Assembly: GCF_006345805.1 (NCBI RefSeq)
Contig: NC_043004.1
Span: 40,734,001-40,798,000 of the forward strand
Direction: 5' to 3'
DNA length: 64,000 bases
From: Octopus sinensis
Lineage: Eukaryota
Numbering within the stretch: the stretch's first letter is position 1; each line of letters begins with the position of its first letter. Shown here in pieces: positions 1-12,780 of the stretch. The position numbers and the translations under genes are program-made. The notes below the pieces were generated by a model. It saw only the letters and a program-made list of their open reading frames with translations. It made no database searches and was not told the DNA's origin.

Positions 1-1
1 G

Positions 2-1201
2 GTCCCCCGATCCCTTATCTGGTGGTCAATGAGGAAACTAGGGTTAGATGAATGGTTAGTGAGAGCTGTACAAGCCATGTACAGAGACGCTGCTAGTAAG
101 GTGAGGGTTGGCACCGAGTACAGTGAAGAATTCAGGGTAGAGGTTGGGGTCCACCAAGGTTCAGTCCTCAGCCCCCTCCTATTTATCATAGTCCTCCAGG
201 CAATAACGGAGGAATTCAAGACTGGATGCCCCTGGGAGCTCCTCTATGCTGATGACCTTGCTCTAATTGCTGAGTCTCTATCAGAACTGGAGGAGAAGTT
301 TCAGGTGTGGAAGCAAGGTTTAGAATCGAAGGGCCTTAGAATCAACCTAGCCAAAACCAAAGTCCTAATAAGTAGGAAGGTAGACCAATCACAAACGCCT
401 TCAGGTAGATGGCCTTGCTCGATCTGTAGAAAAGGCATAGGTAGAAACTCTATAAGATGCACCAAATGTAAGCTATGGACACATAAGAGATGTAGTAATG
501 TCAAAGGAAGACTAACTAGGAAAATAGTTTTTATCTGTGGCAGATGCTCAGGAGCAATAAACTCTGAAAATATGCAGAGACCAACTTCTATCACGTTTCA
601 GGGAGAAAAACTAGAAGTAGTTGATAGCTTCTGCTACCTAGGTGACCAAGTCAGTAGCGGGGGCGGGTGTGCTGAAAGTGTAACTGCTAGAGTAAGAATA
701 GCCTGGGCAAAGTTTAGAGAGCTCTTACCCCTGCTGGTGACAAAAGGCCTCTCACTCAAAGTAAAAGGCAGACTGTATGATGCATGTGTACGTACAGCCA
801 TGCTACATGGTAGTGAAATTTGGGCTGTGACTGCTGAGGATTTACGTAAGCTCGCAAGAAATGAAGCTAGTATGCTCCGTTGGATGTGTAATGTCAGTGT
901 TCATAGTCGACAGAGTGTAAGTACCTTGAGAGAAAAGTTGGACATAAGAGGCATCAGATGTTGTGTGCAAGAGAGACGATTGCGCTGATATGGTCATGTG
1001 GCGAGAATGGACAAAGATAGGTGTGTGAAAAAGTGCCACACCCTGGCAGTTGAGGGGACCTGTGGAAGAGGTAGACCCAGGAAAACCTGGGTCAAGGTGG
1101 TGAAGCACGACCTTCGAACTCTAGGTCTCACCAAGGAAATTACCAGAGACCAAGACCTGTGGAAGTATGCTGTGTGTGAGAAGACCCGGCAAGACCAGTG
1201 A
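2..1201 (+). pseudogene. RTE ORF2 remnant: reverse transcriptase, C4HC3 PHD-like finger and C-terminal domain; premature TGA at 986-988
   Basis: ORFs 29..988 and 998..1201 are in the same frame; TGA replaces the expected W of RLRWYGH. Confidence 0.9.
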
Positions 1202-1250
1202 GAACAATCAAAATCAAATCATATATCAGAAAGCAGGGGTTAAGTGACCC

Positions 1251-2105
1251 ATCCGTTCGTGTCCGCTGCCAGCCTCGTCTGGCACCCGTGTCGGTGATAC
1301 GTAAAAGCACCATTCGCTCGTGGCCGTTTGCCAGCTCTGTCTGGCCCCCGTGTCGGTGGCACGTAAAAGCACCATCCGTTCGTGTTCGTTGCCAGCCTCG
1401 GCTGGCCCCCGTGCCGGTGACACGTAAAAGCACCGTCCGTTCGTGGCCGTTTGCCAGCTCTGTCTGGCCCCATGTCGGTGGCACGTAAAAGCACCATCCG
1501 CTCGTGTTCGTTGCCAGCCTCGGCTGGCCCCCGTGCCGGTGACACGTAAAAGCACCGTCCGTTCGTGGCTGTTTGCCAGCTCTCTCTGGCCCCGTGTCGG
1601 TGGCACGTAAAAGCGCCATCCGCTCGTGTTCGTTGCCAGCCTCGGCTGGCCCCCGTGCCGGTGACACGTAAAAGCACCGTCCGTTCGTGGCCGTTTGCCA
1701 GCTCTGTCTGGCCCTGTGTCGGTGGCACGTAAAAGCACCATCTGTTCGTGTCCGTTGCCAGCCTCGGCTGGCCCCGTGCCGGTGACACGTAAAAGCACTG
1801 TCCGTTCGTGGCCGTTTACCAGCTCTGTCTGGCCCCGTGTCGGTGGCACGTAAAAGCACCATCCGTTCGTGTTCGTTGCCAGCCTCGGCTGGCCCCCGTG
1901 CCGGTGACACGTAAAAGCACCGTCCGTTCGTGGCCGTTTGCCAGCTCTGTCTGGCCCCGTGTCAGTGGCACGTAAAAGCACCATCCATTCGTGTCCGTTG
2001 CCAGCATCGCCTGGCCCCGTGCCGGTGACACGTAAAAGCACCATCCGTTCATGGCCGTTGTGCCAGCCCTGTCTGGCACCTGTGCAGGTGGCACGTAAAA
2101 AGCAC
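1251..2105 (+). repeat. About 7 tandem copies of a 122-bp unit (dimer of about 60-bp subunits) in the RTE 3' UTR
   Basis: Unit starts at 1251, 1374, 1496, 1618, 1740, 1861, 1983; each subunit contains CACGTAAAAGCACC. Confidence 0.92.
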
Positions 2106-2310
2106 CCACTACACTCGCGGAGTGGTTGGCGTTAGGAAGGGCATCCAGCCGTAGAAACACTGCCAAATCTGACTGGGCCTGATGAAGCCTTCCGGCTTCA
2201 CAGACCCCAGTTAAACTAGCATGGAAAACGGACGCTAAATGATGATGATGATGATGTATATATATATATGTATGTATGTATATATATATGTATGTATATA
2301 TATATATATG

Positions 2311-2356
<46 letters not shown>

Positions 2357-2453
2357 ACGGGAAGCTTTATGAAAATAAACAAAAGACGAAGGCAGGTGGA
2401 ATACAAACAAACATTTGTATTAGTATGGCGCTCAGGAATATAAATAAAAGAAG

Positions 2454-2491
2454 TCTTTTACGTTTCGAGCCTACGCTCTTCAACAGAAAGA
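2454..2491 (-). ncRNA. Minimal type I hammerhead motif, A6U core variant, in a Penelope pLTR-like element (about 2345-2640)
   Basis: TCTTT-CTGTTGA-A-GAGC-GTAG-GCTC-GAAA-CGTA-AAAGA: 5-bp stem I, 4-bp stem II, palindromic ACGT stem III. Confidence 0.72.
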
Positions 2492-2816
2492 TACACAGAA
2501 AAGAAACACAGAAAGAAACAAGGTGAGAAAAAAATGCGTGCAGAGGCTAGCGAATCAACATGGCGATCTGATTTCGGCCAGAAGTCAAAGATCAAACGTG
2601 AGACGCAAGAGCGAAATTAGGGGAGATAATAGGGTTAAATGTCCTCGCCCCAACATAAGAGTGTGTGTGTATGAGAGAGTATGTAGTGCGTATGAGAGGT
2701 CTGGACGTGTGTATGTATATATGATGTGATGTGTAAAGTCGTATGGTGTAGTGTAGAGAGAGGAGATGAGGGGGAGAGGAGAGGAGAAGGGGTGATGTGT
2801 AAAGTCGTGTGGTGTA

Positions 2817-2821
<5 letters not shown>

Positions 2822-2911
<90 letters not shown>

Positions 2912-3500
2912 GTGTATATATATATGTATATATATATATTATATATATATATACAAATATGTATATATATATATATATATATACACAATATGTATATATG
3001 TATATATATATATATATATACAAATATGTATATATGTATATATTATATATATATACACAATATGTATATATGTATATATATATATATATACACAAATATG
3101 TATATATACATATATATACATATATATATATATACATATATGTATATATATATACATATATGTATATATATATATGTGTGTGTGTATATGTATCTATATG
3201 TATATATATATATTATATATATATATACAAATATGTATATATATATATATATATATACACAATATGTATATATGTATATATATATATATATATACAAATA
3301 TGTATATATGTATATATTATATATATATACACAATATGTATATATACATATATATATATATATTATATATATATATATGTATATATATATACATATATGT
3401 ATATATATATATGTGTGTGTGTATATGTATCTATATGTATATATATATATATATATATGTATGTATATATACATATATATAAGTGCATATATATATATAT
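2822..3500. repeat. Compound (TA)n/(TATG)n microsatellite with an internal duplication of about 240 bp
   Basis: ATATGTGTGTGTGTATATGTATCTATATG recurs at about 3173 and 3411; ACAAATATG/ACACAATATG subunits. Confidence 0.9.
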
Positions 3501-3944
3501 AATTATTATTTGTGGGAATATTATTCCTAACTTACAGGAAAAATTCAATTTAGAAATACTAAATCAAATTTCACACAATATAATATATATATATATAATA
3601 TATATATATATAAATTAGAAAAAAACAGTGTATATCAATTCAAAATGAATAATTAAATTACACCATCTACAAAATTACATATAATAGAAATATTAAAATT
3701 AAAATAACAATAATATACCAATGATTAAGTAAATTGCAAAATAAAAAAAACGTATATAATTGTCATCCAGTGTCTGAATTCTCTATGGTCCAACTCCACC
3801 ATCAACCAAAGTACCAAAACCCATTTATATACATTAGTCGTCATGCCCATAGTAATTAGTGCCTGTGAGATGTGGTAAATGGCACTCTGATGGTTACAAC
3901 ATTGAGAGTTCCAGTTGATCTAATCAACAGCACAGCCTGCTCTC

Positions 3945-4368
3945 TTTACTCGCTTTTACTTGTTTCAGTCATTTGACTGCGGCCATGCTGGAGCACCGCC
4001 TTTAGTTGAGCAAATCGACCCCAAGACTTATTCTTTGTAAGCCTAGTACTTATTCTATTGGTCTCTTTTGCCGAACCTCTAAGTTACAGGGACGGAAAAA
4101 CACACCACCATCGGTTGTCAAGCGATGCTGGGGGAACAAACACAGATACACAAACATATTCACACATACATACATAAATATATAAATATATATATATATA
4201 TTTATACGACGAGCTTCTTTCAGTTTCCGTCTACCAAATCCACTCACAAGGCTTTGGTCGGCCCGAGGCTATAGTAGAAGACACTTGCCCAAGGTGCCAC
4301 GCAGTGGGACTGAACCCAGAACCATGTCGTTCGTAAGCAAGCTACTTACCACACAGCCACTCCTGCAC
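3945..4368 (-). mobile_element. tRNA-derived SINE family A (CORE-like central part, internal microsatellite)
   Basis: Matches other copies in the window (45905, 61425, 62255); A/B-box-like head TGGCTGTGTGG...GGTTCAGTCCC. Confidence 0.85.
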
Positions 4369-4779
4369 CTATAGATGGTAAAATAAAAAATAATTAAAAA
4401 TTTAAAGGGTAAGAATAAAAGTGAAATACAGATAAATGGACAGACAGATAGAACCTTTTAACAAATTTTAACGAATTAAAAATAAACTTCAAAAAGTAGC
4501 TAAACAGATGGGGATTCCCTAAGGTTATATACACATACATGCGCATACATGTGTTCATGTGTATATATAAGAGTGTGTATATATCTATGTAGGTAAATGC
4601 ATTCGCATGTGAGAATGTCTCGTAAGTGTGAATGTAATTTAATTTAATCTAATTTGTCAGTGCTATTATGAGTTTTATGAAACAGCAATCATCTGTTAAT
4701 GACTACTGTTGTAAAACGTAGCAGCATACGGACAAATTAATTTTATTCAAATAAGGAAACTAATTGGCATTATATGTGC

Positions 4780-5168
4780 CAAGTGTGAGTCCGAGTGTGC
4801 ATGCATGCGCCCATGTGTATGTGTCTGTCTGTGTCTGTGTGCGCATGTATGTGTGTGAATGTGTGTATGCTTGTGAAAGTGTGTGTGTGTGTGTGTGTGC
4901 ATGTATGTGTTTGAATGTGTGTATGCTTGTGTGTGCATGTGTTTGTGAAAGTGTGTGTGTGTGCATGTATGTGTGTGAATGTATGTGAATGTGTGTATGC
5001 ATGTGCTTGTGAAAGTGTGTGTGTGTGCATATGTGTGTTTGAATGTGTGTATGCTTGTGTGTGCATGTGTTTGTGAAAGTGTGTGTGTGTGCATGTATGT
5101 GTGTGAATGTGTGTGAATGTGTGTGTGTGTGTGAATGTGTGTATGCTTGTGTGTGCATGTGTTTGTGA

Positions 5169-5199
<31 letters not shown>

Positions 5200-5340
5200 C
5201 ATGTATGTGTGTGAATGTGTGTATGCTTTTGTGTGCATGTGCTTGTGAAAGTGTGTGTGTGTGTGTCTGTCTGGGTCTGTGTGTGCATATATGTGTGTGA
5301 ATGTGTGTATGCTTGTGAAAGTGTGTGTGTGTGTGCTCAA
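4780..5340. repeat. (GT)-rich compound repeat with a higher-order unit of about 60-70 bp
   Basis: Recurring GTGTGAATGTGTGTATGCTTGTG...GTGAAAGTGTG blocks. Confidence 0.85.
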
Positions 5341-5967
5341 GTACATATTTGCTTGTGTAAGCAGTTTTCAGTGTGTCAACTGATGTGTTTCTCTATATTT
5401 TGATCAGGCTCTATTCTGAACTTCAATTTCTTTTTTTTTTCTTCCTTTTTTTTTTCTTTTTTTGGGTGGGGGTGGGTGGGGAGTGAATCTCAGCACATTT
5501 AACGTGTGAAAGCACTTTACTGCATGATAAAGGGAATAAGTGTACCAATGTCTCTGACCAACATAGTAAACTGTAATGTATGTGAAAGTGTTCCTGTGTA
5601 TATAAATGCACACGCAGAGAAAAATACATACATATGTACATGTATGTATGTGTGTATACATGTATGTATGTGTGTGTGTATGTATGTGTATGTTTGTATA
5701 ATATGTGTGTGTGTGTGCATTATAGGTTTGATGAAACAAAGAGGACAAAGAGAACACAATAGACGAACATATATAATTTTTTTAAATATATTTAATCAGC
5801 AGAAAGTTACAAATACAACTCTCAAAAGTTGAGTTTCATGCATGGAACTCATCAAACGTCTATGTGTGCATGTTTGCATTTGTGTGTGTGCACATGCATG
5901 TATGTGTACGTGTGTGTGTGTGTGTGTGTATGTATATATATATATATATATATCTATATATATATAC

Positions 5968-6200
5968 CTATTTCTTTACTACCCACAAGGGGCTAAACAC
6001 AGAGGAGACAAACAAGGACAGACAATTGGATTAAGTCGATTACATCTACCCCAGTGGGTAACTGGTACTTAATTTATCGACCCCGAAAGGATGAAAGGCA
6101 AACTCGACCTAGGCGGAATTTGAACTCAGAACGTAACTGCAGACGAAATACGGCTCCGCATTTCGCCTGGCATGCTAACGTTTCAGCCAGCTCGCCGCCT
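5968..6200 (-). mobile_element. SINE family B (contains GCCTTTCATCCTTTCGGGGTCGATAAATTAAGTACC, Meta-domain-like)
   Basis: Near-identical to copies at 47020 and 63790. Confidence 0.85.
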
Positions 6201-6201
6201 G

Positions 6202-6238
<37 letters not shown>

Positions 6239-7292
6239 ATTTCAGGAAACCAAATGTGAAATGATGTAACTAATATTAACAAAAACTTTAGACATAACCT
6301 CAAAATGATAAACAACCTACGAGTCAATGTAAGTAGAAGACGATCCAAATTACTCTAACAGGAAAATACCCACCTGAGCTGCACTCTACTCTAATGATGC
6401 ATTTGTATGAAGTGGATACAAAGAAAAACTAGAATGTGCAGAGATTTTCCAAAAACCTATTGAAATGGGGAAAAAAATCAACTGGCTTGGCCTGTGGCAT
6501 AGACATAATAACTAACACAGCTACTGCTCTGGTAAGTAAACATTTTAAAAATAAATACCTATTATTAGCCCTTAAATTAGAATAATGAAAAATGCTAGAT
6601 ACAGCTACTTAATATCATATCTCAAATATTCAACCACAACTACTACAACAGACACTGAAACGCACAACTAGTCTTCCAGAATGTGATTGCGATATCATAA
6701 TCTCCCTACATAACTGCAATTGCCTCGTAAAGACACCTGAAGCACATGTGCAAGAGTAAAACTATACATAGTACTAAATGGAGGTACATAAGATTAATGA
6801 GAAATGCATTTAAAATCAGATGCATACAGCACACTTATTCCTTAAGAAGCACCACTAAAATAAACTCCACTTCTTTCTCCCAATACATCTGAAAACTGAA
6901 AGAGAATAAAATCAACATCTCTTATAAGCCATAATATCATTCAAACTGAGACCCTTTTATTCAAACTGACCAAAGAAATGCAATCTCTGCCTGATGCATC
7001 TTGATTTAATGCCTCAAAATATTTGTTAAAAATTCAAATTATCCATGTAGAATCATGTAAAGAAATTATTCTGGAACATTTTCAATTGAAGACTTAGAAA
7101 CATGTAACATAAGATAAATGTATAATATGGTATGCATATGGTGTGTTGCTATGACATTGCTAAAGTGTATAATGAAAGCTGCAATATAAATAAAACAAAG
7201 GTATACTGCAATGTTAGCCATATCCCAAGAAAACAATAGTATCCAAGCAAAATAAAATTTTAAAAAAAAACAGGAAGTGAATACCCAATTAA

Positions 7293-7508
7293 GCATCTAG
7301 TATTCAGATTATCGTGTTAAATATAATGCTTATTTATTCACATTGTTTTGAACTAACAATGTATTATCCCATAGCTTTGAAATTTTGATAATGCATTATC
7401 TATTTTAGAATGACATTGTAGGATAGGTGTGAGAGGCAGGATCTTGTTGGTTTGATTATGAAACATAGAAAATTTGGGCTGAACATGGCCAGTTTAAATG
7501 CTAAAGAG
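7293..7508. mobile_element. TTAA-flanked (piggyBac-like) MITE, family P2, diverged
   Basis: TTAA at 7289-7292 and 7509-7512; homologous to 54010-54228. Confidence 0.65.
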
Positions 7509-7735
7509 TTAAACTGCACTATAATACATACAAACGTGCACACATGCATACATATATATATACATATACACACACATACATGCATACACACAAACATGCA
7601 GAGTACATACATACATACAAATGTGCATACATGCATACATATGTATATGCATGCACACACACACACATACATACATGTGTATGCACACATATGTGCGCAA
7701 AAACAAAAGATGCAATGCCAATAACAGAGTCAATG

Positions 7736-7774
7736 ACTATTGAAAAGGTTGCATGTTGCGACAAAAATTTTAGT
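7736..7774 (+). ncRNA. Degenerate hammerhead (U3-A8 family; G12 mutated to A)
   Basis: ACTA-TTGAAAA-G-GTTGCA-TGT-TGCGAC-AAAA-ATTT-TAGT; homologous to the intact-core copy at 40414. Confidence 0.55.
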
Positions 7775-8504
7775 AAAAATGAGTGGAAATCAGTGAGTGC
7801 ATTAAATTAATAAGGCACTAAAAGAGAATGACTCTCCCCAGACACAATTAAATATGCTTCAACACATGAAATCACATTAAGAATCTTGCAAACCAAATGC
7901 AAAAATGGAATATGCGTGTGTACGTATACAGATGCAAGTGTATGCACAAACGCACACACATATAGCATGCACGTGTTTGTGTGTGTGTGTGTGTGTGTCT
8001 GTGTGTGATTGTGTCAACACACACTCATAAGGGCAAGTCAAGATGGAAATACATGACAAGTGAAAACTCAGCAGGTGAAATTTTTGAGAAAAGACAAATG
8101 ATGGAAACCTCAATGGTGTCTGTTGTTGATGCCATGTTGTGAAGATGGCAATAATGTTGGTAACTAGTAGTAACAGATGCAACTGGTCTGCCAAGCGTTT
8201 TCTCAGATGATGTTTCTCCTATCTCGAAAAGCTAAACACCAACCACTAAATAACTTATCACTGCTTTTATGATGATTATTGCACTGACAGGTGACATAGT
8301 TGATTTATGTCAGCTTTGATTGGTTGATTTCCCATCATCATAAGAAATTTCTGTTGCTATGTAAGAAACAGCCAGAGAGAAAGGAAAACAAATAAACATA
8401 AGAGGAAAGGAAGTTTATTATTCATAATTGCAAAATCATCAAGGAACCAAGAGTTAAGGTTTTGAGTTTCGGTTAGACTTCTTGCTTTGTACTTATGTAC
8501 AATA

Positions 8505-8935
8505 GGCATAAGTGTAGCGGTGTGGTTAGAAGTTTGATTTCCAACAGCATGGTTCTGGGTTCAGTCAAACAGCATGGCACCTTGGGCAGACCAAAGCCTT
8601 GTGAGTGGATTTGGTAGACAGAAACTGAAAGAAACCTTCTGTGCAAATATTATCTTCCTCATTGTCATCGTCATCATCGTTTAATGTCTGCCTTCCATGT
8701 TGGCATGGGTTGGACTGTTTGACAGGGGCCTGCACCAGGCTTTGGTGTTTGTTTTGGCAGAGTTTTTACAGCTGGATACCCTTCCTAACACCAACCACCC
8801 AGCAGAGTGGACAAAGTGCTTTTTATGTGGCACAAGCATAGGCAAGGTTAGTTTTGTCATGGTTTTTACAGCCGGATGCTCTTCCAAATGCCAACCACTT
8901 TACAGTGTAGAGAGGATGCTTTTTACATGGCATCA
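8505..8935. mobile_element. SINE A 5' half (+, 8505-8640) followed by an RTE 3' tail fragment (-, 8660-8935)
   Basis: Similarity to other copies in the window. Confidence 0.75.
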
Positions 8936-8957
8936 GCACTGAATATATATATAGAGA

Positions 8958-10227
8958 TTGGGTCATCCAACGAATAATGTGGGTTTTTTATACCCCTTTT
9001 ATTTTTCACAATTATGATAAACAAAGCGCTTTTTTAATCTAAATATACTCTCCTTCATTTTCTACAATGCTCTTCCATCTATCTAGTAGACTTGCAAGAC
9101 TCCTCTTCAAAAATTCACTTGTTCATGACAAGAAATACTCCTCCAGTACTGTTCTGACCTCATCTACAGAATTCATATTTTTTCCATCCAAATGATTTTG
9201 AAAACTGCAGAATAACTGATAATCAGATGGGGCAAAGTCCAGCAAATATGATGGGTGGGGCATTGTTTCCCATTCAAACTGCTCCAGCCATTGGAATGTC
9301 ATCCTTGCTGTATGTGACCGAGCATTATCCTGATGGAAGAATACTTTTCGTTTTGAAACCAAAGATGGTTGTTTTTCTTCTAGCGCTGACTTAGGCCGTT
9401 CAAGCTGCTCACAGTAGATCTCCTTTGTTATTGTTTGATTTGGGTTTAAAAGTTAAAAGTGGACTAAACCTTTTATATCCCACCAAACAGACAACATGGC
9501 TTACATGGCTGAAGACCTTCTTTAGCCTGAGGTGCCAGTGTTTCTCTTTTCCCGACCCACTCTTTGGCACTTGATATTTTTATAGAGAACACATTTCTTG
9601 TCACCAGTTACTATTCAGTCCAAAAAAAGTTCATTCGTGAGATGTGACAGCAAAGAAGAGCACACATTCACTCTTTGTGTGTGATTAAACTCAGAAAGTT
9701 TGTGAGGAACCCATTGACCCAATTTACTGGCTTTTCCAATGGCACACACGTATCAATGAATGGTTGAGTGACCAAATCCAAGCCTCTCTGTTAGTTCCTC
9801 AACAGTTACGATGGGAGGCTCTGCAGGACATCCTTGTTGAGCTCTACAGATCTTCCAGGACAAGGCTCGTTTTCTAGGCTGTAGTTTCCGGCTCAGAATT
9901 TCTGGAACCATTGTTGAGACTGGCTTACTTATTGTCTGATCCCCATATACTGCATTAAAATTTCTCACACTTTCCATTGCATTATTGCCTTTATTGAACT
10001 CATAAAGCAAAATATGCTGAATATGCTCTTTTATCACTTCCATTATAACTTTGAAAAGATAAGTGCTAAAATTGAACTGCACTCTTCAAAACTTGTACTA
10101 AGAATAAGGACAAGGTAAAATTACTACCTGCTTTTATAGCAAATTGATGGAGGTGGTTTATCCTATCCTCCTCCAACTTTTAGTTCATGCAATTGAAAAT
10201 AATCACATTATTTATGGGATGACCCAA
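8958..10227 (-). mobile_element. Full-length decayed mariner transposon (about 1270 bp)
   Basis: TIRs TTGGGTCATCC..AATAATGTG at both ends, TA at the right end; ORF remnants HQDNARSH, HPSYLLDFAPSDY and N-terminal HILLYEFNKG. Confidence 0.9.
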
Positions 10228-10237
10228 TATATATGTA

Positions 10238-10274
<37 letters not shown>

Positions 10275-11469
10275 CAAGACAGGAAAGATCTATTTAGTTG
10301 CTGTGGGATAGTTCAGTTGTGCTGTGGAAGATTCCAGCCAATCAGAGCTGGAGGCATATGAATAAAACAGCAGTGATCTGCTTTAGCTGAAGGAACTCAC
10401 TACAGCTGCAAAGTGGCAGTTTAAAACCAGTTGTGGATTTGACAGCATAGAAGCAACATCGCTTTGACATGGCACATTTTCTGTGTCCACCACCAACTAC
10501 ATGCAACTCATTTGATTAATATCAGCTTCCACTCTGTTTTATACAAACTTCAGTGTATATAATAAGTCATGCGTTTTTTTCCAGTTTCACATGCACATAT
10601 ATTTGGTTACCATTCATATGCAAGATTAATCCTTGTTACCACTTTCTAGTGCTCATTACGCTAGTGAATAAATTTCAATGTTTTTGTTTTATAAACTTGC
10701 CTTCTGAATATTCTTTATTCATATCTCTTAAGAGACCACCGAAAATGGGTTCTATCTATGAACTGCCTTCTAAAATTGCTAATTAAACACATTATGTTAC
10801 AACTTGAACATGTTATTGCAAAAATTAGCTTTACTTGGAATTGCACACATACTGCATTAAGTACTGTCTGTCTGAAGTCCTTGTAACTTCATGGCACACC
10901 CAATATCTTCAATCTACAACATCACAATATTGGATACTGTTCCACTTGGAATATTATTATTATTATTATTATTATTATAGTATTGTTGTTGTTGTAAATT
11001 CAGTGTATTAGTCAGGTTTGTCAATGTTGAATAGTTAAGGAGTTGAAGATTTTTCAATATTTATATCCGGAAGGGAAATATAATCATTCAAGATGAAGGA
11101 ATAACTTTCCACTTGGAGTAATAATATTAATTGAGTGATATGGATAAAACCATATTATATTTCTTTTATACATTTTCTTGTTAGAATGTATAAGTTTATA
11201 TAAAATATATTTTCTTTAAAACTACTGTTGGCTAGTTCGTTATTATATAGATTTGCTACTCTATCAAATAAGGTTTAATCATAAGATATGACAGATTCTT
11301 CTACCTAAATTGCTGACAAAATTTCTAAAAAAACACAAAGTGAATGGTTGGAGTTGCAATCCATATAATTTAACAAATGATTTGGTTAAGCATAACGTTA
11401 GCATTTGTTCTTATTAAGGTTAAAAATATTACATATAAAAAAAAAGATGTTTACATTTAGAATTGCTGG

Positions 11470-11830
11470 TACACTGCCTTGAAGAATTTTTAGTTGAATG
11501 AATCGACCCCAGAACTGTTTTCTAAAGCCTGGTACTTATTTTATCCAATTCTTTTACCAAACTGCTAAGTTATAGGAATGTAAAGACACCAACATTGGTC
11601 CTCAAGTGGTGAGTGGGGACAGGGACACAAAGACACACTCATGTATATTCACACACATACACATACAGTGGGATTCTTTCAGTTTCCATCAACCAAATCT
11701 ATTCACAAGGCTTTGGTCTGCTTGGGGTTATAGTAGAAGACATTTGCCCAAGTTTTGCATAGTGGAACTGAACCCGAGACCACATGGTTGGAAAGCAGCC
11801 TTCTTAACTGTACACCCATGTTTGCACCTT
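11470..11830 (-). mobile_element. SINE family A, diverged
   Basis: Similarity to other family A copies. Confidence 0.75.
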
Positions 11831-11917
11831 TAGTATGTTTATCCTATAAAATCAATAATTCACTTCCAAGCTACATGGAGATCCCCACAAGACATTCATT
11901 TACAATGTCTAATAGTA

Positions 11918-12433
11918 CCGTAAATCCTCTAGTATAATCCGCATTTTTTTCCCAAAATTTAAAGGTCAAAATCCCTAGTGCGTACTATATACGAGGTTAA
12001 AAAGGAAAATTATTTTCTAAGCAATGTCTGGAGTCTCTATTTGCTGTCTGGCAATGTTTATTCAAACACATTTTGTGATGTCGGGTGCGAAAATACCTTA
12101 AGCTAAGCCTGAAAGCAATGAAGTCATAAAAGAATCATCCATAACTTGCTATAAGCAGCATTTATTAAATGTTATTACTGTTATTTCTTTATTTTCTGCA
12201 AACAAAATGCACAAAAAAGCTACACGTTTGCATTATGTTATATATACAATAATAATAAAAGAACGTTACCGTATACATTTTTACAAACTAAGGACGTTAT
12301 ATAAACCTCCTTGACTCATGTTAGAGAAGGGGTGCGTATTATATACAAGGTTTAGGTTTTTCAGAGGTACGTCCCCCACCTAAAATCCCCTGTGTATTAT
12401 ACTCAAGGGTGGACTATACTCGAGGATTTATGG
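11918..12433. mobile_element. Tc1/mariner-superfamily (Tc2/pogo-like) MITE, 516 bp
   Basis: TIR CCGTAAATCCTC(T/G)AGTATA / TATACTCGAGGATTTATGG with TA on both sides. Confidence 0.8.
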
Positions 12434-12780
12434 TAAATGCTGACAAAAAAAAAAAAGCTGGTAAACAGAATTGTTACTGGCTTCTAACTATAATTTGTTC
12501 AAAACACCTGACTGGTGGACTTCAGCATCATTTGTTATCATCAGCAGAAGTCAAGAGGAGCTGACTGATATTAATTGTATACGATTCAATGAATCCCTAA
12601 GCATGTGGCTTAGTGGTTAGGGTATTCTGCCCACAATCATAAGGTATTGAATTCAATACCAGGTAGCATGTTGTGCCCTTGAGCAAGGCACTTTATTTCA
12701 TGTTACTCCAGTTCACTTAGTTAGCAAAAAGAAGTTGTACCTGTATTACAAAGGGCCAGCCTTAGTAATACTGTATCTCT

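Larger units (their letters stand above)
1..2256 (+). mobile_element. RTE-clade LINE, 3' portion (ORF2 C-terminal half, repeat-containing 3' UTR, (GAT)n tail); runs off window start
   Basis: RT motifs VHQGSVLSP and LYADD, RTE-type C-terminus RLRxYGHVARM...GRGRPRKTW, 3' end CCATGCTAGCATGG-like followed by (GAT)n at about 2238-2256. Confidence 0.93.

Noticed and set aside
2175-2200. CTGATGA in the RTE tail
   Set aside because: Other copies read CTGGTGCAGCC here, and no GAAA or stem III follows.
1140-2406. Overlapping 180-270 aa repetitive ORFs on the minus strand and a CRISPR-like periodicity
   Set aside because: They arise from the 122-bp RTE 3' UTR tandem repeat; there are no unique spacers and no cas genes.
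4695-4740. CTGTTAA...AAAACGTAG resembling a decayed hammerhead
   Set aside because: Too many core changes and no convincing stems.
6374-6456. Minus-strand segment with a good acceptor and donor
   Set aside because: It has stop codons in all three frames, as does the alternative plus-strand exon 6362-6532; unsupported without RNA data.
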